This document shows, piece after piece, positions 27,248 to 37,259 of a stretch of 64,000 nt of DNA. Position numbers and translations under genes: made by a program. Each line of letters opens with the position of its first letter. Position 1 is the first letter of the stretch. The stretch comes from an uncultured Candidatus Saccharibacteria bacterium (GTDB lineage: Bacteria; Patescibacteriota; Minisyncoccia; UBA6257; 2-01-FULL-56-20), in the NCBI GenBank assembly GCA_964360585.1, contig CAYHXC010000002.1:5641-69640 (forward strand), given 5' to 3'. The notes beneath the pieces were generated by a model. The model saw nothing but the letters and a program-made list of their open reading frames with translations, was not told where the DNA came from and did not search any database.

Positions 27248-28720
27248 ATGATCAATCCTAAACAACTCACACTCGAGACATTTCACGACGGCCTCGTAAA
27301 AAAAGAGTTCTCCGCTCTTGAGGTAACTCAGCACTTTCTTTCCAGGATTAAAGATGCCGATAAAAAAATCGGCGCTTATTTAAGCCTGAACGAAGAAACG
27401 GCCATTCGTGACGCTGAGGCAGTCGATCTTAAGATCGCCAAAGAGGAATCGATCTCACCGCTTGCCGGCGCCCCACTCGCCATCAAGGACAATATTTTAA
27501 TCGAAGGACTGCCCTCCACCTCAGCCTCAAAAATTTTAGAACATTACACCGCCGCCTACGATGCTACGGTCATTAAAAAATTAAAAAATCAACAAGCTGT
27601 CTTTTTGGGAAAAACAAACTTGGATGAGTTTGCCATGGGCGCTTCAACCGAAAACTCGGCGTTGCAGTTAGCGCGCAACCCGCACGATCCCGAGCGCGTG
27701 CCCGGCGGATCATCGGGCGGTTCAGCCGCGGCGGTCGCCGGCGATATGGCTTTGGCGGCACTGGGATCAGATACGGGCGGATCAATTCGTGAGCCATCAG
27801 CATTTTGTGGCGTTGTTGGGTTAAAACCAACATACGGCGCGGTATCGCGCTATGGTTTAACAGCGATGGCTTCGAGTTTGGATCAGATCGGTCCGATTAC
27901 TAAAACGGTTCATGATGCGGCACTGCTTTTTTCAGAAATCTACGGACACGATGGCTACGACGCCACGAGCGCACCAATAACCTATAAAACAAAAGAGTTG
28001 CTCCAACCGAAATATGAAACAGTCACAAAATTAAAAATCGGTTTGCCCAAAGAATACTTTACTGACGGCGGCGTTGATCCAATTGTGCAAACTGCTTTAG
28101 AAAAATCTATCTTCGCCCTGAAGTCGATGAAGATCGAGTTCAAAGAAATTTCCTTACCGCACAGTCAGTACGCACCAGCCTGTTACTACATCATCGTTCC
28201 CGCCGAAGTCAGTTCGAACACTGCCCGCTTCGATGGCATTCGTTACGCTCGGTTAAAACAGGGCTTGAAAGAATCGGAATCATTGAGCGATCTGTACCGC
28301 AAACAGCGCGGTCTCGGTTTTGGCCCAGAAGTAAAACGCCGCATCATCCTCGGCACCTTCGTACTCTCCTCCGGTTACTACGATGCGTACTACGCCAAAG
28401 CCCAAAAAGTGCGGACACTCATCAAACAGGATTTTGATACTGCTTTTCAGGATGTCGATGTCATCTTCACTCCAGTCTATCCTTCCTTGCCATTCAAGAT
28501 TGGCGAAAAAGTTGCCGATCCTCTCGCGATGTATTTAGCCGACATCTTTACGATTCCGGTAAACCTGGCTGGTCTACCCGCCATCTCCATTCCTATTGAA
28601 AAACCGGGTACGCAGTATGATCCGCAGAATCTCCCTACTGGCTTCCAATTGATCGGGAAACCCTTTCATGAAGGGGATATCCTCGGCATAGGCCAGTATT
28701 ATGAGAAGCTAAATTCATAA
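27248..28720 (+). CDS. gatA: amidotransferase subunit A
   Basis: GKTNLDEFAMG, PGGSSGGS and GSDTGGSIR amidase signature. Confidence 0.96.
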   Translation: MINPKQLTLETFHDGLVKKEFSALEVTQHFLSRIKDADKKIGAYLSLNEETAIRDAEAVDLKIAKEESISPLAGAPLAIKDNILIEGLPSTSASKILEHYTAAYDATVIKKLKNQQAVFLGKTNLDEFAMGASTENSALQLARNPHDPERVPGGSSGGSAAAVAGDMALAALGSDTGGSIREPSAFCGVVGLKPTYGAVSRYGLTAMASSLDQIGPITKTVHDAALLFSEIYGHDGYDATSAPITYKTKELLQPKYETVTKLKIGLPKEYFTDGGVDPIVQTALEKSIFALKSMKIEFKEISLPHSQYAPACYYIIVPAEVSSNTARFDGIRYARLKQGLKESESLSDLYRKQRGLGFGPEVKRRIILGTFVLSSGYYDAYYAKAQKVRTLIKQDFDTAFQDVDVIFTPVYPSLPFKIGEKVADPLAMYLADIFTIPVNLAGLPAISIPIEKPGTQYDPQNLPTGFQLIGKPFHEGDILGIGQYYEKLNS

Positions 28721-29021
28721 ATACGCTTCTGAAAATCCCGACGCAAGGTCGGGATCCCGACTTCATTATCTTTAAGGATTTAATTGGTACGTCGGGAGTT
28801 ATCCACACCCACTAGTTGACAGTACCCCTAGACTCGTTAAAATAATATCAGATCTTGAGAAACATCATTCATACGCCGCTGCAGAAGCTACGCACTCTGA
28901 TACTCTGATTAAGTTTGGCTGGCTTACCAGCCAGTCCCCTCATATTTTCCCCGGAGCTCCACGCTATCGGGGATCTTTGTTTTTATACTTCTTTAACTCT
29001 AAAATCAGAAACTTGGATACC

Positions 29022-29498
29022 CTAGACAAACTTCTTTCTCAAGGCGTAGAAAACAATACCGGTCCAGATAGAGACAAGTCCGAAGAGGATGATCATACCT
29101 GAAAAAGCGTAGGTTAGGATTCCGAGATTCAGAGCGGTCATCAAAGTTGTAGCTGTTACCCAGATATCGCGCGCTGTGTTCGCGGTCATCACCGGCTTAC
29201 CAGAAGCGTCGAGAACTGGCTGTCCATTTGCATCAAGTTTGGCTATTTGACGTGGCATCTCCGCGAACGTCTTTCCGCCAGTAGAGGTTAAGGTGTGCTG
29301 GCGAATGATATCGGCTTGAGCTTTGAGCGTGAATGGTCCGCGTACCTTCTCCCCTGGAATCGAGGCGTCATCGGGCGTCGTAATATTTTCCTGGACTATG
29401 TTCTGATAAGTAAACACAATACCCCAAGCACCACCGAGAACGAGCACCACCCCAGCCACGACCGCCAAAACCGATGAGGTTAGTAATAGTTTTTTCAT
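29022..29498 (-). CDS. conserved membrane protein
   Basis: 158 aa with two TM segments and ENITTPDDA / QADIIRQH conserved-looking motifs. Confidence 0.75.
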   Translation of the reverse strand: MKKLLLTSSVLAVVAGVVLVLGGAWGIVFTYQNIVQENITTPDDASIPGEKVRGPFTLKAQADIIRQHTLTSTGGKTFAEMPRQIAKLDANGQPVLDASGKPVMTANTARDIWVTATTLMTALNLGILTYAFSGMIILFGLVSIWTGIVFYALRKKFV

Positions 29499-29557
29499 AA
29501 CGTTATTATACCACTTTTCGCTGAGGTATATGAACCGAATGGACCAGGGCTATGCGA

Positions 29558-29815
29558 TTACTTATTAGTAAACCTTTCTTCGTAAGCTAGGCGCAAATTG
29601 TTATTCTCGTTCAGACGAAATGATAAGACGACTTCTGACTTATCTTTCTTTTTAAAGACAATCTTAGAGTTTCCTTCGAGGCTAGCTTTTTTACTCACAT
29701 ATTTCACAATGCCATCCTCCTTGTCGCGCACAAGCCGCTTCGCCTCCTCCTCCAGCTTCTGATTAAGCTCAGGGAGGGAAATAGGAGTTTTGAGAAGTTG
29801 TTTGATGGGTGCCAT
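29558..29815 (-). CDS. hypothetical protein
   Basis: 85-aa ORF co-oriented with its neighbours. Confidence 0.5.
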   Translation of the reverse strand: MAPIKQLLKTPISLPELNQKLEEEAKRLVRDKEDGIVKYVSKKASLEGNSKIVFKKKDKSEVVLSFRLNENNNLRLAYEERFTNK

Positions 29816-29940
29816 CGGATTTACGGTATAGGATTAAAGGGATTTAACCATACCACTTTATCCGAGCAATAGCACGTTCTGGAAATTAGCCCCCTTCCAG
29901 CCTTCAATTATGGATTTGAAACCCGGGGTTCTTCCAAAAC

Positions 29941-31731
29941 CTATTCGTGGAGACCAATTTGGTATTCGTAAAGGTGGCGGTAGACTCCCTGATCGCGCTT
30001 GATTAACTCTTCGTGGGTGCCTCGTTCCACCACTTTTCCTTTTTCAAAAACCAGAATGACATCAGCCTTACGAACCGTGGAGAGACGGTGGGCGATAATA
30101 AAAGTAGTTCTCCCTTTCATCAGTTTTTCCAAAGCACCAGTCACTATCTTTTCCGTCTTAGCATCCAAAGCACTCGTTGGTTCATCGAGAATCAAAATGG
30201 CCGGATTCCGTAAAATCGCTCGCGCAATCGCTACCCGTTGTTTCTGGCCCACCGACAACTTGATCCCCCGCTCACCAACTAACGATTCGTATTTATCAGG
30301 AAGCGCCTGCACGAACTCATCAATGTGCGCTTCTCGCGCCGCGGTATACACCTCTTCATCACTAGCCCCAAAAGAGCCGTAGCGAATATTATTCTTGATC
30401 GTGTCGTTAAAAAGGGCCACTTCTTGCGGGACAACAGCAATTTGTTTTCTCAAATTGATTAAGTTCAAGCGCCGCGTATCTACTCCGTCGACAAGCACCG
30501 CACCCTCGTTCGGAAAAGCATAGCCGGATATGAGTGAGATAGCCGTGCTCTTTCCAACACCAGACTCGCCAACCATCGCCACAATCTCACCAGCCTTCAC
30601 TTCAAAATTGATACCATCGAGGACGATCGGCTGATTCTTGCCATAACGAAATACCACCCGATCGAAACCAACTGAACCAGAAAAGGTTCTTGGATCGGTA
30701 ACATTTTCAGGAATATAGGCCTCTGGTTTTTGAGAAAATACTTCGTTTACGTGCGCCGCTGAGCTAATGCCATTCTGAATCGTTTGCCAACTATGGCCCA
30801 AAGAAACAAATGGTCCGAAAAACATAGCCGCATAGCCATTCAAGGCCAGGAGTTCTCCAATTGTGATATCGCCATTTGAAACTAATTGCACGGACATCAC
30901 AAAAATAGTTAACTGCGTGGCGAAAACAATCAGTCGCTGGAAAAAACTAACGTTACTCCAAATAGTTCCGAGCTTACGCCACAGGTCGCGAGTAGTTCCC
31001 AGAAGGGCTTCTTTGGTTTTTTCTGACTCGTACTCCTCAGCCGTAGCCTGCTTCACACTTTCTATCTGCATCACCGCCGCGGCGGCATCGTCCCAACTCT
31101 GATTCCAGGTGCGATGGGCAGCTGAGTCGAGCGCCGCAATAGGGAGCAGAATTCTAGCTAGCAATAGCACATATAAGAGAACACCGATAATTAAAATACC
31201 GGCCAAAGAAAGATTGATACTGGCCGCTAAGATAATGCCGATTAGAAGACTTAAAAACTGTGGCGCCACATCAATGATTGTTCGCAAAATGGATGCCACC
31301 CGCCATCCAGCCATACTGATTTTCTGAAGCTCCCCGTTGATATGTTTGTCCTTGTGATACGAGAGGGGCAAGTGAAACAGGTGAACAAAACCGTTGGTCT
31401 GAATATTGAAATGGATTTTATCGTCTATTACACGTGAAAGTCGGTCGGAGATCCAATCAATGTTGTTCGCCACCAACTGCACACCAGCCCAAATAAGCAG
31501 CAAAAATCCCCACAGTGGCAAGCCTCCAACACCTTCCGTAACGCGGTGCTCGGAAAGATCGATCAGAGCATCAAAAAATCGCCCCGTGACATAGGGGACC
31601 GAACCGTTGGCCACCGCCGAAATCAAACCCAGAGCAGTTAAGATGGAAAGCTCCATCTTAAACGGCCGAACAAAACCCCAGATGGTCCGGAGGCCTGTTT
31701 TAATTTCTTCTGTATCTTTCTTCTTAGACAT
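29941..31731 (-). CDS. ABC exporter, fused permease/ATPase
   Basis: GESGVGKST, LSVGQKQR and LDEPTSALD motifs plus a six-TM N-terminus. Confidence 0.93.
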   Translation of the reverse strand: MSKKKDTEEIKTGLRTIWGFVRPFKMELSILTALGLISAVANGSVPYVTGRFFDALIDLSEHRVTEGVGGLPLWGFLLLIWAGVQLVANNIDWISDRLSRVIDDKIHFNIQTNGFVHLFHLPLSYHKDKHINGELQKISMAGWRVASILRTIIDVAPQFLSLLIGIILAASINLSLAGILIIGVLLYVLLLARILLPIAALDSAAHRTWNQSWDDAAAAVMQIESVKQATAEEYESEKTKEALLGTTRDLWRKLGTIWSNVSFFQRLIVFATQLTIFVMSVQLVSNGDITIGELLALNGYAAMFFGPFVSLGHSWQTIQNGISSAAHVNEVFSQKPEAYIPENVTDPRTFSGSVGFDRVVFRYGKNQPIVLDGINFEVKAGEIVAMVGESGVGKSTAISLISGYAFPNEGAVLVDGVDTRRLNLINLRKQIAVVPQEVALFNDTIKNNIRYGSFGASDEEVYTAAREAHIDEFVQALPDKYESLVGERGIKLSVGQKQRVAIARAILRNPAILILDEPTSALDAKTEKIVTGALEKLMKGRTTFIIAHRLSTVRKADVILVFEKGKVVERGTHEELIKRDQGVYRHLYEYQIGLHE

Positions 31732-31849
31732 TTCCTAAGTCAAACACAAAATAAAAAGAATACAAAGAATGTATATATCTGATTTGTCGTTGACTCTCGA
31801 AACTCAATCGTGGTAAAAAACGATTAGTATTCAAGCTTGCGGAGTAACA

Positions 31850-32128
31850 ATGCCAAATCAATGCGAAGTCTGCGGACATGACAAGAGAAAACTCGTCGCC
31901 TTTTTTCTCAGCACCGTCTGCAATCGATGCGCCAAAACACTGAAAAAAGTAGGTCGTGGAGAGATGAGTTGTTCTCCTCAAATCCTGAAATTCTATATCG
32001 GCCTTCAAGCAATCCTTATTCGAAAAGACTCGTGTCCTCCACTAGAGATAATCGAGCAACTCTCGGTGAGACAACTGAACTCTCTTGCTCAATGGTTAGT
32101 GAAGGTTAGTCGTTCAAGCCTTACTTAA
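31850..32128 (+). CDS. small hypothetical protein with CxxC..CxxC
   Basis: GGAG RBS; CEVC and CNRC pairs. Confidence 0.45.
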   Translation: MPNQCEVCGHDKRKLVAFFLSTVCNRCAKTLKKVGRGEMSCSPQILKFYIGLQAILIRKDSCPPLEIIEQLSVRQLNSLAQWLVKVSRSSLT

Positions 32129-32151
32129 TTCTCATCTCACGGTGAGAATTT

Positions 32152-33270
32152 TTATTTGTTATTTTTCGGCGCCTCCATGAGGGCATCAATATTATTAAAA
32201 CAAAAATATAATGATGAAAGCGCGGCTAATAGAAAAACGAATTCAAATCGCCCAATCGATATCAATACAAGTGTCGCTACGAAAAGAATAATCCGCCCAA
32301 AAATAGTGGGTATCTCTCGAAGGACAAGGAACTGGGCGTCATGGTGTCTGGCCTGGTTAAACATGATTACTCCATAGGCAGAAACGAACACGCCGAGTAC
32401 TAGACCACGAATCGCAGTCACCAAATATAATGTGGCGGGCGTAGGCGCGTAAACTGCCACAAAGTAGGATATTCCCCACATGATGGTAGCCAGGACGGCA
32501 CCGATCCGCACAACCGTCTTTTTATTCCACGTATCGATCATACTGCCCGTAATATACGTCACTCCCATACCAATAATTCCCGTTATGATTCCTAACGCAC
32601 CAATATCAAGAACCGTCAGCCCAGTTATAAAAATGAATAGCGTCCAAATGACCTGGGTATCTTGCCCAAGATTATCGAGAATCTCCGGTACAATAAACCG
32701 CTTATTTTCTTTCACGATTTTTTTGACCACTGCCCTATCAAAATGGAAATTGGTCTTTTCGTCTCTCAACGGCAATGTGGGGAAGATCGAGACAAGTATA
32801 AAGAAAAGAGCGGTAGCAAAAAGCACTCCATAACCAAAAGTGACAATAAGAATCGCGGCAATGCCCGGTACTATAATCCCCACTCCTGATCCTATATTTG
32901 ACATAAGAGCCAGCGATGAACCCATCGTCGCGTCCTCTGTCTTCCGGACAGTCAGAATATTGTAAGGGATCCAGAAGAACGCCGCTTCCATACCGCTGAT
33001 TACTGCAAGCGTATACAGAAACGATGGCTGGCTAGGAAGAAGAAAAAGGCCTCCGAAAAGAAATGAGACGAGAAAAACACGGATGTACCAGCACCGTACC
33101 AACCCAATGCTATTGGAAATAAAAACAACCAGAAATGCCCCAACGAGAAGAGAAGAGTGATGAATCAGTAACCAAAGAATAACCGCGGGGAATGCGTAAC
33201 CCAGCTCCAACAAATAGATTGGTATGAATACACCAACCAGACCCATGCCAATACCGGCCAGGGTATTCAT
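32152..33270 (-). CDS. MFS transporter
   Basis: About 12 hydrophobic segments with GSMIDTWNKK in an MFS-like loop. Confidence 0.8.
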   Translation of the reverse strand: MNTLAGIGMGLVGVFIPIYLLELGYAFPAVILWLLIHHSSLLVGAFLVVFISNSIGLVRCWYIRVFLVSFLFGGLFLLPSQPSFLYTLAVISGMEAAFFWIPYNILTVRKTEDATMGSSLALMSNIGSGVGIIVPGIAAILIVTFGYGVLFATALFFILVSIFPTLPLRDEKTNFHFDRAVVKKIVKENKRFIVPEILDNLGQDTQVIWTLFIFITGLTVLDIGALGIITGIIGMGVTYITGSMIDTWNKKTVVRIGAVLATIMWGISYFVAVYAPTPATLYLVTAIRGLVLGVFVSAYGVIMFNQARHHDAQFLVLREIPTIFGRIILFVATLVLISIGRFEFVFLLAALSSLYFCFNNIDALMEAPKNNK

Positions 33271-33363
33271 AACGATAATTCACTGAAAGTCAGTTAATCG
33301 CATGATGTTTATGAATTATACCTTGAAAATAAAAAATCGCCGTTCGTTTCCTACTAGGCGATG

Positions 33364-33807
33364 CTACTTCACATCATCAATCGGATCGAGCCCAACCATT
33401 CTCAGAAAGCCAGCTCTCTCCGGAGGAACGTTGAAGCGCCATACAGCTCGGTGAATGTATTCGGACATATTCCGAGTCATCATCACCAAATAGTTGGCAG
33501 CTATCAGACGCCTTTCCTCTACGACCGGTGTGAACTGCTCGATTACTGGAATGATTGATTCACTGAAAAATCTACACGCAGTCGAGTAGTAAACATCAGG
33601 TCCGCTATCGGGATGTTCAACCTGGAGTCGTAGATCATGAACGTACTCAATAGCTCTGGTGATTAGTCCAGCATAGAAACAGTTCCGGTTAGCCTGCTCG
33701 TCACTGATATCGTGGTCTCCGATACACTCCACCGTCAATCGATCCAATTTCCCCAGAATCTCTCGTCGTTGATACTCACGATGTGTGATTTTCTCATAGT
33801 CTTCCAT
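33364..33807 (-). CDS. hypothetical protein
   Basis: 147-aa ORF with GAGGAG RBS. Confidence 0.55.
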   Translation of the reverse strand: MEDYEKITHREYQRREILGKLDRLTVECIGDHDISDEQANRNCFYAGLITRAIEYVHDLRLQVEHPDSGPDVYYSTACRFFSESIIPVIEQFTPVVEERRLIAANYLVMMTRNMSEYIHRAVWRFNVPPERAGFLRMVGLDPIDDVK

Positions 33808-34028
33808 TATGACAGCTCCTCTGTTAGCTACCTAGTGTATACCACCACTGGCTACTTCCTTCAATAGTCCGCCAAGAAAAATATGGCGGGCAAGAAAGCT
33901 TCGGCGGGACATAGTGAAGGACGTTAGAATCTTCTTGTCGTGGTTTGCAACCGCTTCTTTTCCGATCCAATTTAGTGATGACATAACGTTTCAGTTTTTT
34001 TACTATCTTGTGCAAAAAGTGAAACGGG

Positions 34029-34343
34029 TCATTTTTTATTCTCATCCAAAAAGCGCTGGATAATTTCAGCAACCTTATCTTTTCTGCCGGTTATCAAAAC
34101 TGGTAGCGCGGCGAGCACGGATGCATTTTTTGTAGGCAATAGCTGAACATCTCCTTCGGCATATTCTGCAAGGTTCGTGAGAAATTCATCAAACCACGAT
34201 GGCGCAACCGCCAAAACATCATCGAAACCTATTTGTATCGACTCCTGCTTATTAAGCGTCGGACGAATCCCATTAAACGCTTCGAGGCCTGCCGGTCGCG
34301 AAACCAAGACATTTCCGAATTTTTTGAGGTGAATTGTTTGCAT
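34029..34343 (-). CDS. STAS-like (DUF4325-type) protein
   Basis: FGNVLVSRPAG..FDDV..PSWFDEF pattern, downstream of an HATPase gene. Confidence 0.7.
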   Translation of the reverse strand: MQTIHLKKFGNVLVSRPAGLEAFNGIRPTLNKQESIQIGFDDVLAVAPSWFDEFLTNLAEYAEGDVQLLPTKNASVLAALPVLITGRKDKVAEIIQRFLDENKK

Positions 34344-34353
34344 GTTTTTTAAT

Positions 34354-35109
34354 TTAGAATTTTATTACCGCGTACGCGCCGCGTATATTCTCGGACGCTG
34401 CCGTAATTGTTATTGAACCTTGTTCTTTCGGACTTTTTCCGCCGAAGGCGGATCCGCCTCTGGCGGACACTTTCGCGACTCCGGAACGGAACAGGAAACC
34501 AATCGGGTTTAACTCTACGATGCGGCGCACCACTTTTAATCCGTTCCCTCGTTTCTCCGGTTCTCTTCCGGATACAATTTCCGTAAATGCGACGCGGAGC
34601 GCTTCAACATCCGTTTCAATATTGGGACGTACGCGAGATAGTGTTTTTCGAACACCCTGTCCCCGGTCAGCCAGCACAATGAAGCGTTTACCGATATCAT
34701 ATGCAAAAAATATTCCCGGTACGTCAGGCCAGTTGCCAATGTTGTGCATGAAAGAATTATCTCCAATCTCGCCCGCAACGGTCGTAAGAAGAGAAGCTGC
34801 TTCCTCGCTCACCGATTTTGTTTGAGAAAGAAGCAATCCCATTTTTTCCAAACGACTCGAAAACCGTGCCTGCTGTTCGCAATAATATTCGGCTGGAATT
34901 TCCGGCGGTTGCGCGCTTGAAGCCCACGCCCATCCCAGTTTTTCAAGATCAAGCGCAAGACGTTGAATATCTTGTAGGAGATAATAACGCTGGCCTCCCT
35001 CACTTCGCTGCGACAAAAGTTTCCCCGTTTTTTCCCAATTACGGAGGGTCTGAACGCTCATGCCCAGTATTTCGGCTGCCTTGCCTATGCGAATTTTTTC
35101 ATCCTTCAT
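34354..35109 (-). CDS. MerR-type HTH fused to a histidine-kinase-like ATPase domain
   Basis: IGKAAEILGMSVQTLRNWE, EIGDNSFMHN, LADRGQG and RGNGL motifs. Confidence 0.8.
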   Translation of the reverse strand: MKDEKIRIGKAAEILGMSVQTLRNWEKTGKLLSQRSEGGQRYYLLQDIQRLALDLEKLGWAWASSAQPPEIPAEYYCEQQARFSSRLEKMGLLLSQTKSVSEEAASLLTTVAGEIGDNSFMHNIGNWPDVPGIFFAYDIGKRFIVLADRGQGVRKTLSRVRPNIETDVEALRVAFTEIVSGREPEKRGNGLKVVRRIVELNPIGFLFRSGVAKVSARGGSAFGGKSPKEQGSITITAASENIRGAYAVIKF

Positions 35110-35218
35110 GTTTATAAGGTTAGCGCATGAACCTATAAAAGTCAAGTTATTTTTATAGGTTTAGAGCTAAAATCTATAAGTAAAACCTTCTATGCCCGCA
35201 AAGCTTTCCTTCTTCCCA

Positions 35219-35465
35219 AAACAATTGAAGTAAAACGCGAAATACTGCGCGGGTTAGCTAAGAACTCGCTCTAAAAAGACCAAGAGTTCAATGTTACTGC
35301 GTACGAATGGTTCGTCCCGATTGGAAACGGCTATCCGGCGCTCGAAGCAAAATACTTGAGCTTAAAACCGGCGAAAGTGCCGATGAATCCAATACAAAAT
35401 TAACCTTTGATGGCCATTCGTACGGAATGGCGCGGGGTCGTAGAGGACATTAGAACTATATTTTA
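35219..35465 (+). pseudogene. C-terminal remnant of a large serine recombinase
   Basis: Frame reads KREILRGLAKNSL*KDQEF...WFVPIGNGYPALEAKY...*...WRGVVEDIRTIF with two in-frame stops. It resembles CPR recombinase tails as recalled, not searched. Confidence 0.5.
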
Positions 35466-36034
35466 CGCGCAATTATTTCCACCCGCCAAATAAGCTTTTC
35501 TTTATCAGGGCCGTCAATGTTTGTATCCGTACCTTTCAGCTCTTCGTACCTAAGTAAGTCCCATCCGGTATAACGTTTCCTCAGCTCGTCACTGTTCAAA
35601 AGATACGGCCTAAGATCAAGCTGGCTTTTATCGATGTACGCGCAAACAACATTCACGCCACCGACTTTAGTCATTTCCTGCATTCTCTGTATTGCCTCTA
35701 GAACCTCGTCACGATTTGCAAGGAAATGAAGGACCATAAGAGAAAGTATGAGATCGTACTGTTCGTCTTCTGAATCAAAATCTCTCAAGTCACACTTCTC
35801 TACACGCATCGACAAGCCAAGCTGAGATACCTTGTGCCTGAGGACTGTCAGTTGCTCGTTGGCCGTATCAATGGCCGTGACTACAAATCCTTTATCCGCC
35901 AGAAAAAGTGAATGCCGCCCAAAACCCGATCCTATATCCAAAACAGAACCGCTGGAAACATGTTTCAACGCCTCAATCACGATCTGCCGCGGAGCATATA
36001 TTTCAACAGATCCCAGTTTTATCTTTTCAACCAT
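35456..36034 (-). CDS. class I SAM-dependent methyltransferase (TehB-like)
   Basis: VLDIGSGFGRHSLFLA, YDLILS and TKVGG motifs. Confidence 0.85.
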   Translation of the reverse strand: MVEKIKLGSVEIYAPRQIVIEALKHVSSGSVLDIGSGFGRHSLFLADKGFVVTAIDTANEQLTVLRHKVSQLGLSMRVEKCDLRDFDSEDEQYDLILSLMVLHFLANRDEVLEAIQRMQEMTKVGGVNVVCAYIDKSQLDLRPYLLNSDELRKRYTGWDLLRYEELKGTDTNIDGPDKEKLIWRVEIIARKI

Positions 36035-36061
36035 AGGTAAAAATCGGAGTTCTTATATAAC

Positions 36062-36991
36062 CTATATTAAATCCAGCGCACTGATTAGCTTTCTATAGGT
36101 TGCCACGGAAGCTTCAGCATTCACGCAGTCTTGGCCTCCCTTGCGATAATCCTCAATAATATCAGGAAGCCCGCTCAAAAAAGCAGTACTCACAAGACGC
36201 TTGCGAGAAAGCTTATTCCCAGAACCTTCTTCGTAGGTTGAAACAATGTACTGGAAGTGTTCAGGAAAATCTCTAATATACCGAGAAAACTCTTTGGCTA
36301 CTTCCCCATATTCAGCCTCACCAAAATCTATAATCCCAGCAATTCTCCTATCTTTTATGAGAATATTCTCATGGTGTGAATCATTGTGGATAAATTGAAA
36401 AACCGTGTCACCGGTTGTGGTATCAAAAATCAACTTGGCTTGTTTTGCCAAATCTTTAAACTCTTCAGGCACATCGGCGCTCGCAAAAACTTTCTCATAC
36501 TCTTCTGCAACTTCAGGGTGAAGTCCCGCTGAGTCATTTATTTTAATCCCAGTAGCCTCTGCCATTCCCTTGGTAAACTTCTTGCCAATCTCGGCATGAA
36601 AATAACCAAGCGCGGTGCAGATCTGTATCCGCTCGTCTTCTGAGAGTGCACCCCATAAGTCCATCAGCATCTCTCCTTCAATATATTCATACCCGTACAT
36701 CTTCGGATGCTCTGAAACAAAAACAACATGAGGTGTAGGAACGGATAGGCCTAATGAATACAACTGCTGCGCCACCTTGGCTTCCGCCTGTAGATCATTC
36801 TGCGGGTGAAATGCTTTATCACTCCTCGCTTCTTTGACAATATATTTGGCACCATCAGAAGTCCGAACTAAATATGCGTTATTACAATACCCCTTTCCCT
36901 GTAACGAAAACTCAGTAATCTCTTTTCCTAATAACTTCCCGATCTTAAGTTTAAGGTCACTTTCTTTAGAAGTATCTGAACTGTGTTCCAT
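36062..36991 (-). CDS. aminoglycoside phosphotransferase family protein
   Basis: FIHNDSHHENIL and GIIDFGEA motifs. Confidence 0.85.
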   Translation of the reverse strand: MEHSSDTSKESDLKLKIGKLLGKEITEFSLQGKGYCNNAYLVRTSDGAKYIVKEARSDKAFHPQNDLQAEAKVAQQLYSLGLSVPTPHVVFVSEHPKMYGYEYIEGEMLMDLWGALSEDERIQICTALGYFHAEIGKKFTKGMAEATGIKINDSAGLHPEVAEEYEKVFASADVPEEFKDLAKQAKLIFDTTTGDTVFQFIHNDSHHENILIKDRRIAGIIDFGEAEYGEVAKEFSRYIRDFPEHFQYIVSTYEEGSGNKLSRKRLVSTAFLSGLPDIIEDYRKGGQDCVNAEASVATYRKLISALDLI

Positions 36992-37063
36992 GTAAAAAGT
37001 ATATCAGGTTAGAATCAAAACAACCCTATGCAATAAGGCTTGGCTGAATACTAGTTCTAACTG

Positions 37064-37138
37064 CGCGGCCGGCCGGACTCGAACCGGTAACCCCCGCCGT
37101 GACAGGGCGGTGCTCTAACCAAATTGAGCTACGGCCGC
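37064..37138 (-). tRNA. tRNA-Asp(GTC)
   Basis: Cloverleaf with CCGCC-CTGTCAC-GGCGG anticodon arm. Confidence 0.95.
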
Positions 37139-37208
37139 AAACTTGGATTCGATACCTAGCTATTGTACGGAAAAGAGTGGAAAAAGCAACGCAACATATT
37201 CTCCCCTC

Positions 37209-37252
37209 CTATCACTATTATATAAAACGATCGTTTTATATAATAGTGATAG
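37209..37252. repeat. 44-bp perfect palindrome
   Basis: CTATCACTATTATATAAAACGATCGTTTTATATAATAGTGATAG. Confidence 0.9.
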
Positions 37253-37259
37253 TGTAAGA

